DNA of 64,000 bases, taken from positions 1 to 64,000 of the IMG/VR virus record IMGVR_UViG_3300028797_000148; one strand, written 5' to 3'. Below the pieces are notes generated by a model. It made no database searches. It was not told the origin of the DNA and was given only the letters and a program-made list of their open reading frames with translations. Source of the stretch: a virus (lineage: Duplodnaviria; Caudoviricetes). Every line of letters starts with the position of its first letter. Position 1 is the first letter of the stretch. The position numbers and the translations under genes are program-made. Positions 57,129-64,000 of the stretch are shown here, in pieces.

Positions 57129-58415
57129 ATGGCACAAGCATTAAAATACCAATGGAATCCCGATGAGGCTATTGAAAAGCTTTATCAGAAAGGATTCATG
57201 GACGGAACTAACGTAGGTTTCCTCCAAACTCTGATTGACAACACTCTCGAAATCGAGGCCAACGCCTTCTTTTGGCAGGAGCACTTCGCTGTCGAGGGTA
57301 ACGAGTACAAGATTGACCTGCAAGACACCAAGAAGAATCCCGCTTGGACTGTTCGTCAGAAAGTCAACCGTATCGTGCCTATGGCCGATGCAATGGCTCC
57401 TCTGTCTGAGACCGCCCAACTCGACACCGAAGGCTGGGAGGAAAAGACTGGCTCTATCTACCAATACGGTAAGGGCTTGTTTGACACCTCTATGTCTAAG
57501 ATGGAATTGCAGGCACGTCTGCGCGAGCTGAACATTCAAGACCAAAACCTCATCACGGGCTTTGTTAAGGGTGTTGCAGACCTCGTTAAGACCCACAACT
57601 TCCGCGCATCTTACATGGCCGCACAGACCCTTTCCTATGGTGGTGCTTATTCTAACACCAATACCATTGCGTTCAAGGGTACTACGGGCTCTATCACCTC
57701 GACAAAGGGATTCAGCGGCGTTTCTACAATGCAGCAGTCCTATATTCCTATCGAGAACTTCAAGAAGGCTGGTACTAAGGTTTGGTCTGCCAACGACTGC
57801 GATATTCCTTCGCAGATGCAGAAGATTGAGCACGACTTCAAGGTTGCCAAGAATCTTTCTGAGGACTTCGCTATGGAGTGGGACATCCCGTACAGCATCG
57901 TTACCTCTATCTTGATTAACAACAGCTATTTCAAGGCCGAGGTCAATCGCTGGATTCGTCTGTATGCGCCCGACAAGGTTATCGTTGTAACCAGCGGTGC
58001 AAGCGGCATCGACACCGACGTTATCACTTGGGAGCAGCTGGTGGCCTACAGCCGCAGCACCATCTCTAAGATTGCTCCTATCCGTGTCGTTAAGCAGCAA
58101 AGCAAGGTGCAGGATTTCACCACCGTTACCGACGTAAGCGGATGGAAGTCCAATACCGTTGTTCTGCGTCCGCTCGGCATGGCAGGTGTACTCGTTCACG
58201 CAGAGACCGCCGACGTTGCGCTGATGCGTAGCGGTGAGGTGAATAGCAATATTCAATTCTCGCTGGCTAAGATTCAGAACTTCTTGTATGTAATCAACAA
58301 GATTACGCCCAACGGTATGCTCAAGTCTTACCACACGGACGTTATCGGTCGTTACGCAACCGTTCTGAACGAGTCGCTGTATCACGTAGTAGTTGATATT
58401 GCAACCGCAGACTAA
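57129..58415 (+). CDS. Major capsid protein
   Basis: 428 aa, size and position typical of an HK97-fold MCP; codon usage looks biased (not computed). Confidence 0.75.
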   Translation: MAQALKYQWNPDEAIEKLYQKGFMDGTNVGFLQTLIDNTLEIEANAFFWQEHFAVEGNEYKIDLQDTKKNPAWTVRQKVNRIVPMADAMAPLSETAQLDTEGWEEKTGSIYQYGKGLFDTSMSKMELQARLRELNIQDQNLITGFVKGVADLVKTHNFRASYMAAQTLSYGGAYSNTNTIAFKGTTGSITSTKGFSGVSTMQQSYIPIENFKKAGTKVWSANDCDIPSQMQKIEHDFKVAKNLSEDFAMEWDIPYSIVTSILINNSYFKAEVNRWIRLYAPDKVIVVTSGASGIDTDVITWEQLVAYSRSTISKIAPIRVVKQQSKVQDFTTVTDVSGWKSNTVVLRPLGMAGVLVHAETADVALMRSGEVNSNIQFSLAKIQNFLYVINKITPNGMLKSYHTDVIGRYATVLNESLYHVVVDIATAD

Positions 58416-58469
58416 AAAATCGCGATGGCAAACATGATTCGATAATCAAGGTAAAAAACTGCAAGAAAG

Positions 58470-58862
58470 ATGACGGTATTAGAATGGCTTACAGCATCAA
58501 CGACATATACTCGTTTCGACGAGAAGAATCTTGTCAAGATAGCATTGGATAGAGGGTGTGACCCGAATGAAGATGCTTATGGCGATGGTGTTACAGAACA
58601 GCAGAAAGAGCTAATGACTGCTGACATCATATTCACGGCCATACTTTTAAGCCCTTCTAATACATCGTCTTTGCAGCAGTCGCATAACGGTTTCCAAAAG
58701 ACCGTTGGCTCTGAGCAGGATTTCTACCAAGATGAAAAAATCAAGTACGCCATCAAGATTTACAACAAATACGACGACGAGAGGGCAGAGATACTTGAAA
58801 ACGCTCGCAGAAAGATTAAGTTCATACCAATTGAGGACGTAGACCAAATCATACCGCAGTAA
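58470..58862 (+). CDS. Head-tail adaptor
   Basis: Position after MCP; 130 aa. Confidence 0.55.
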   Translation: MTVLEWLTASTTYTRFDEKNLVKIALDRGCDPNEDAYGDGVTEQQKELMTADIIFTAILLSPSNTSSLQQSHNGFQKTVGSEQDFYQDEKIKYAIKIYNKYDDERAEILENARRKIKFIPIEDVDQIIPQ

Positions 58863-58866
58863 AACT

Positions 58867-59208
58867 ATGGTACGCGACGAGATTCTTGAATACCCCTACC
58901 AAGGCGTGATAAACCGCATTATTGTGGGACATGGCGACGATGATGATACCACCGTAGAAATCTACAACGGTATCATGGATGAAACGATTCGCACCGATGA
59001 TAACGGTCGCGCATTGCAGACCTCCAGCCATGTTATATCAATACCTTTAACCAAGGGTAGCGATAACAAATATATCATTCCTATTAAGGGCGACGAGATA
59101 ACGCTGGTTCGGTTCGACCAAGAGGTATCGTTCGTGGTTGATAATGCAGAGCCTTCGCAATTGGGCGGTGTAAGTATCTATGCGACACGCAAGGAATGGA
59201 ACAGATAA
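58867..59208 (+). CDS. Head closure protein
   Basis: Position; small beta protein. Confidence 0.5.
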   Translation: MVRDEILEYPYQGVINRIIVGHGDDDDTTVEIYNGIMDETIRTDDNGRALQTSSHVISIPLTKGSDNKYIIPIKGDEITLVRFDQEVSFVVDNAEPSQLGGVSIYATRKEWNR

Positions 59209-59226
59209 CATACAATACGTAACGAT

Positions 59227-59745
59227 ATGGCAAAGACACGGTTCAAGTTCAATGGAAAGCTTTGGGGTAAGCGTTTGTTCAATAGCGTTGCCGATGAGCA
59301 GACCAAGCGGCTTATAGAGTACGCTGAAACGGAAATCGTGAATATCGTGGAGAATGTGTCTTTTGACAATGAGACTTTCAACTTATCCGACTCCTACGTA
59401 TGGTGTGTTTACTTTAACGGAAAACGCAAGGGCTACGGCACTTATGGGCGCAAGCAGGCGAGGAAAAACTCCTTACTGCACGAATACAGCCCATCTATCA
59501 GCGTTCCCGTGAAAGGTCGCCAATTGGCCAATGATTTTGCAAAGGCTTACAAGCCCGACCAAGACAAAGGCTGGGAAATAGTTTTTGCCGCCACAGCACC
59601 CTACGGTGCATATATGGAGGAGGGTTACACCTTTAAGGGCAAGTTCTATAAGTTCCATATTCTTTCGCAGCGGTACGACCACATCAAGAAAGCTCTCAGT
59701 CCGCTTTGTGTAGTAACACTTGAAATTGATACGCCTAAATATTAA
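59227..59745 (+). CDS. Tail completion (HK97 gp10-like) protein
   Basis: T.NLSDS...ATAPYGAYME motif. Confidence 0.55.
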   Translation: MAKTRFKFNGKLWGKRLFNSVADEQTKRLIEYAETEIVNIVENVSFDNETFNLSDSYVWCVYFNGKRKGYGTYGRKQARKNSLLHEYSPSISVPVKGRQLANDFAKAYKPDQDKGWEIVFAATAPYGAYMEEGYTFKGKFYKFHILSQRYDHIKKALSPLCVVTLEIDTPKY

Positions 59746-59750
59746 GCACG

Positions 59751-60197
59751 ATGATTACGGATTCGTCACGCATACCGATATATGATTTCCTTTCGGAGAT
59801 TCTTGCAGGTGTCACGGATAACATCTATTCCATGACATTGCCTACGGAAACTACGAAATCGGACATCGAGGACGGTTTTATCGTTACCAATGTCGGCAAT
59901 ATCAATGATGATTCCGAGTTTGAGGGCGACGCATACGGCTGGGTTCGCTGCACGGTTACGGCCTACATATCCAAAAAGACTCGCGGGCGTTTGAATAAGA
60001 CGCTTTACGATGCCTACGATAAGGGTATTACAGCGGCCATTAAAGCCCACACGGGGCGCGTTGATGAGGGCGACTACTATATCTTAGAGGATAGCGTTCT
60101 CTCGATGGATGATAACGAGAATACGGTAAAGGGAAACCAATACCATGCTTTCATAAAATCCTTTGTCGTCGTAATAGACCAACAAAGTAATTCGTAA
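59751..60197 (+). CDS. Tail terminator protein
   Basis: Position before the tail tube gene. Confidence 0.5.
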   Translation: MITDSSRIPIYDFLSEILAGVTDNIYSMTLPTETTKSDIEDGFIVTNVGNINDDSEFEGDAYGWVRCTVTAYISKKTRGRLNKTLYDAYDKGITAAIKAHTGRVDEGDYYILEDSVLSMDDNENTVKGNQYHAFIKSFVVVIDQQSNS

Positions 60198-60226
60198 CTA
60201 ATTAAAATAAAGAAAGGAAACAAATT

Positions 60227-60760
60227 ATGGCAAAAAAGACAACTTTGAAGCCGATTGGCCTTGGCTATCGCGCTGTTGGTTCTGCCGCTGATGTGGCTTA
60301 TACCAAGTTCATGGGTGTTTTGAAGGGACTGGCTATCGCGCAGGACGAGCCCGAATCTACCGAGATTGAGGCCGAGTTCTACGATGCACCTTTCGACATC
60401 TTCTATCAAGGTAATCCCGTGCGTATGACCTTTGAGCTGGCAAACTACGAATTGTCGGAGCTGCCTGCCATCTTTGGTGGTACTTATACCGCTGGTACTG
60501 CACCCGTAGGCCAAACGGCAGGTACTCCAGAGACCTACGAGGGTGCTGCTGCTGCTTACACCTCTGAGAAGGAGTGGAAGCTCGATTTCGGTCGCGGCTT
60601 TGGTTCGCTGGTTATCTACAAGGGTCTGACTGTTGGTACTATCAAGAAGGATGCCGACGGTGCGCTGAACTACAGCGTTACCATCACCGCCTTGGTTTAC
60701 ACCGACGGTAGCAACAACGACCACATGTATAAGATTATCGGTGACACGCCTACATCTTAA
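60227..60760 (+). CDS. Major tail tube protein
   Basis: Beta-rich 177 aa before the chaperone and TMP. Confidence 0.65.
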   Translation: MAKKTTLKPIGLGYRAVGSAADVAYTKFMGVLKGLAIAQDEPESTEIEAEFYDAPFDIFYQGNPVRMTFELANYELSELPAIFGGTYTAGTAPVGQTAGTPETYEGAAAAYTSEKEWKLDFGRGFGSLVIYKGLTVGTIKKDADGALNYSVTITALVYTDGSNNDHMYKIIGDTPTS

Positions 60761-60796
60761 TCTTGGCATGAAGGAACTAACGTTTTCGTGAACGTG

Positions 60797-60843
60797 AGGG
60801 GTGCGTTGTTGGGGTGTCCCCGATGATGCGCCCCTTTGCTTTA
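60797..60843 (+). terminator. Rho-independent terminator after the tail tube gene
   Basis: About 18-bp stem 60797-60835 followed by TTGCTTT. Confidence 0.7.
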
Positions 60844-60893
60844 CGAAATGCCGTTAGAATCAAAATAAACTACGTTCACGAAAAAGTTATATT

Positions 60894-61508
60894 ATGGCAA
60901 AGGAAAACGAGAGCAAGCAGATAGCGCAGGAGCAAGAGGAGATAAAGGATTTTCCAATTGACATCCAAAAAAACATCGTTGAGATAATCAATGATACGCC
61001 ATCCTTGATACGCCTTGGTGATAAGGAGTATAAGGTAAAGGGTATGCGCTATTATTCGTTGTACCGTATCTGTAACCTTGTGTTGGATATGCGTAAGGCT
61101 GATGAAACGTTAGATACCGACCAAAAGGTTATAACGGCCTTGTGTACCGATTTGGATGCCATGTGTGAAATCATGGCCGTTGTGCTTTGCAATCACCTTT
61201 TCACTCCCGACGGTAACAATCTTACTTGGGAGGAGGTTCGCACAAAGAACGACTACTATGTTAGCGTTATGAAGGCAAAGGTCATGCAGAGCACATACGA
61301 TGCAAACCAATGGGCGGCAATTGTGCTGGGCGCAATAAAATCAATAGATTTATCCGCTTTTTTTTTACTCAAAAAATCGGTGAGTACGCTTACGGGTTCA
61401 CTTCTGATGCGGAAGAAGAAATCGGAGGAGACAGCATCACTATTTATGGAAGCACTATCATTGCAGATGCAGCAGACTTCCTCCGAGCCTTCCCACAATA
61501 CCGATTAG
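60894..61508 (+). CDS. Tail assembly chaperone (gpG-like)
   Basis: Between tail tube and TMP; contains a T9 slippery site. Confidence 0.7.
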   Translation: MAKENESKQIAQEQEEIKDFPIDIQKNIVEIINDTPSLIRLGDKEYKVKGMRYYSLYRICNLVLDMRKADETLDTDQKVITALCTDLDAMCEIMAVVLCNHLFTPDGNNLTWEEVRTKNDYYVSVMKAKVMQSTYDANQWAAIVLGAIKSIDLSAFFLLKKSVSTLTGSLLMRKKKSEETASLFMEALSLQMQQTSSEPSHNTD

Positions 61509-61738
61509 ACGATTACCTCTATCGGTTAAGCATAGCGCAAGTGCAGTTTATGGCTGTTGACAACACGCACACGAAATACTTACGGGGTACGGACAAAAAA
61601 GCTTGGCAGAACTTTAAGGAGGCATACGAGGCACAGAAGAAGCTCGAACGGTTCTTTAGTTCCATCGGTGCGCCTAAAGACCTCGCTGCTGGAGAGGAGA
61701 TGGAAATCCCGATGCCGCAGCGAAACAAGAAAAAGTAA
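61358..61738 (+). CDS. -1 frameshift extension of the chaperone (gpGT-like)
   Basis: -1 frame open across T TTT TTT at 61358-61366 through to 61738. Confidence 0.65.
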   Translation, partial: FFFTQKIGEYAYGFTSDAEEEIGGDSITIYGSTIIADAADFLRAFPQYRLDDYLYRLSIAQVQFMAVDNTHTKYLRGTDKKAWQNFKEAYEAQKKLERFFSSIGAPKDLAAGEEMEIPMPQRNKKK

Positions 61739-61773
61739 GAATAGTTATAAACTCTATATATACACTTTAAGAT

Positions 61774-64000
61774 ATGGCAGCAAATGATGATGTTCTGATT
61801 GTTGGTAAGCTTGATTCCAAGGAATTAGAAAAGTCGATAAACGATTTGATAGATTTCGTTGGTGATAAGACTACTATAATGGCTGGTAAGTTCGACTCCG
61901 CAATGGATAAGATGAAATCGGCCATGAAGGATTTCGCTATTACGCAGAAAGTTTCCGTCGATTTGATGAAGGAGGCTTGGAAGGATATGTCCGCGTCGTT
62001 TGATGCTATGGTAGCCGCACAATCGGGTGCTACGGGTGGCGGTAAGGGTAAAGAGCCAAAGGAATATGCGCCAAATACCATCGGTGCGCTGGAGCAGGAA
62101 ATTGAAAAACGCCAGCAAAACCGAAAGGAGATGGAGCTTGACAGCGACGCATTACGCCAAGAAAACAAGCTTATCGAAGAGCGAAACAGAAAGCTGGCCG
62201 AGCAAAAGGGCTTGAACACTATGGCGGCGCAGGCAAAGAAAGCTGGCGAGGAAATCCGTGTAGCGTTCTCGCATCCCGCAAACAGCCTTGAGCAAGCGGA
62301 GGCAAAGCTCGCAAAGCTAAAGGCACTTGCTGCCAATTGGAAAGGTAAGGGCGTATTGGATGAAACACAATGGAATAAGATTCAAAACGCCATTGATAGA
62401 ACTGAAAAGTCTATCGAAAAGTTCAAGATGTCCGCAATGACATTGAAGGACTTAAAGCTCCTGCCCGAAAAATCCGTCGACGATATTACTAAGAAGCTGC
62501 AAGCGTTAAAGCATATTCAGATAGACCCGAAAAACGCCACGCAAGTCAAAAAGCTTGGCGACGAATACCAGCGTCTTTCCCGTATGCAGAACGAGCTTTT
62601 AGGCCGCAGCATACAGCTCACCAAATCCAACAACTATCTCGCGCAAAGTTTCGGTTATATCCGTAACCGTATCGTTTATGCGCTTACGCTGGGTGCTGCA
62701 ACATCGTTTGTTAAGCAAGTGTACGACATCCGTGCGCAATATGAACTGCTGGAGCGTTCCTTGGGCGTTCTGATAGGTTCTTTTGAACGTGGTAGCCGTA
62801 TATTCCAAGAGCTGAATACAATGGCCTTGAAATCGCCGTTTACACTTATGGAGTTGGGTACTGCCGCAAAGCAATTAACGGCCTACAATTTCCAAGCAAA
62901 CGAGGTTGTGAACACCACACGCCGTTTGGCCGACCTTTCCGCAGCCTTGGGCGTACCAATGGAGCGTCTTACATACAACTTAGGTCAGATTCGCGCACAG
63001 ACGGTACTTACTGCCCGTGATGCCCGTGACTTCGCAAATGCTGGTTTGCCTATCGTGAAATCGCTGGCCGACCACTTCTCCGAGCTTGAAGGCCGCGTAG
63101 TTTCTACGGGTGATGTCTACGACCGTATGAGTAAGAAGGCCGTATCGTACAACGATGTTATGGCCGTGCTTAACAAAATGACGGACGAGGGCGGTAAGTT
63201 CTTTGATTTTCAAGCAAAGCAGGCCGAAACCCTTCGCGTGCAGTTGGCAAACCTTACATTGGCATGGAACAATATGCTTAATGCCGTTGGTAAGGAAAAC
63301 CAAGGTATGCTGACATTGCCTATCACGGCTCTTAAATCGCTTTTCCAAAATTGGAAGGAACTTAGCCATGTAATATCCGAGGTCGTTATTGCCCTTGGTC
63401 TTTACAAAGGCACGCAGCTTGTAGTAAACAAGCTTGTCGGCGAGAGTGCTATGGTGATGCGAAAGAGCATCCTTATGGATAAGGAAAAGGCTGCATCTGA
63501 ACTGCAAAGGGAGGGTACAGTCCGCCGCTTGCTGGTTAGCGAGCAAAAGCAGATAGCGAACAAAAAGAAAGTTGTCGCAGCAGATTACCAAGCCATCCTT
63601 TCAACACGCGAGCTTTCAAAGACGCAGGCTTTGTTGCTTGCAGCCTTTAACAAGAACGACAAGGAGCTGATGAAAGCCCTTGTTAAGTTGAAGCTGCTGA
63701 AAAAATCCGAAATAGAGAATATCACCGTCGGAAAGGCTTTCTCGCTTGTTATCAAGCAGATGGGTATTTCACTTGCAAGCCTTGGTAAGACTATCGCGAT
63801 GTTCCTGCCGCAAATGGCTGCTATGGCCGCTATCGGTGCTATCGTTGAGGCCGTTTACACATTCTCCGAGATTAGCGATAAGATACGCGACATCAACAAG
63901 AGTATTGTGGATAGCGCAAAGGAAAGTGCCGATTCCATTGCACAATTCATGAAGGATTACAGCGAGACCTACAAAAAAGTCTTTGAGTATCAAGAAAAGG
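61774..64000 (+). CDS. Tape measure protein (3'-truncated)
   Basis: Long helical ORF; tape-measure motif SPFTLMELGTAAKQL...RRLADLSAALG...NLGQIRAQ. Confidence 0.9.
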   Translation, partial: MAANDDVLIVGKLDSKELEKSINDLIDFVGDKTTIMAGKFDSAMDKMKSAMKDFAITQKVSVDLMKEAWKDMSASFDAMVAAQSGATGGGKGKEPKEYAPNTIGALEQEIEKRQQNRKEMELDSDALRQENKLIEERNRKLAEQKGLNTMAAQAKKAGEEIRVAFSHPANSLEQAEAKLAKLKALAANWKGKGVLDETQWNKIQNAIDRTEKSIEKFKMSAMTLKDLKLLPEKSVDDITKKLQALKHIQIDPKNATQVKKLGDEYQRLSRMQNELLGRSIQLTKSNNYLAQSFGYIRNRIVYALTLGAATSFVKQVYDIRAQYELLERSLGVLIGSFERGSRIFQELNTMALKSPFTLMELGTAAKQLTAYNFQANEVVNTTRRLADLSAALGVPMERLTYNLGQIRAQTVLTARDARDFANAGLPIVKSLADHFSELEGRVVSTGDVYDRMSKKAVSYNDVMAVLNKMTDEGGKFFDFQAKQAETLRVQLANLTLAWNNMLNAVGKENQGMLTLPITALKSLFQNWKELSHVISEVVIALGLYKGTQLVVNKLVGESAMVMRKSILMDKEKAASELQREGTVRRLLVSEQKQIANKKKVVAADYQAILSTRELSKTQALLLAAFNKNDKELMKALVKLKLLKKSEIENITVGKAFSLVIKQMGISLASLGKTIAMFLPQMAAMAAIGAIVEAVYTFSEISDKIRDINKSIVDSAKESADSIAQFMKDYSETYKKVFEYQEK

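Noticed and set aside
57141-58385. Long antisense ORFs (e.g. 57141..58385, 27980..28816, 44953..45618)
   Set aside because: They are shadows of well-supported genes on the opposite strand and carry no recognisable motifs.
1-64000. CRISPR array
   Set aside because: No regularly spaced direct repeats with unique spacers were seen; the repeats found are coding (GQD), DGR or palindromic.
1-64000. Stop-codon reassignment as in some gut phages
   Set aside because: Long genes are intact in code 11, TAG and TGA end genes at tight junctions, and no suppressor tRNA is present.

Overview
A 64-kb fragment of a tailed (siphovirus-like) bacteriophage genome. Repeated TTTG-N19/20-TAnnTTTG promoters point to a Bacteroidota host. 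It has three blocks. (1) + strand 1-32.6 kb: AAA/VWA pair, small early genes, serine recombinase, HNH nuclease, two RNase H genes, SSB/YqaJ/RecT recombination genes, DNA methyltransferase, five tRNAs plus a tmRNA, and a beta sliding clamp. (2) - strand 55.5-32.7 kb: terminase, portal, lysis genes, tail/fibre genes, a complete diversity-generating retroelement (target-Avd-TR-RT) and a six-gene cassette of unknown function. (3) + strand 55.7-64 kb: capsid, neck, tail tube, frameshifted tail chaperone and a truncated tape measure gene. The most notable signal is that one DGR template repeat (37388-37491) matches two variable regions: the adjacent tail-module gene, and a remote gene 19 kb away on the opposite strand among replication genes. 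The remote VR has 8 NNC codons where the template has 4 AAC codons, which suggests length as well as substitution diversification. Family names are recognised from motifs and memory; no database searches were run.
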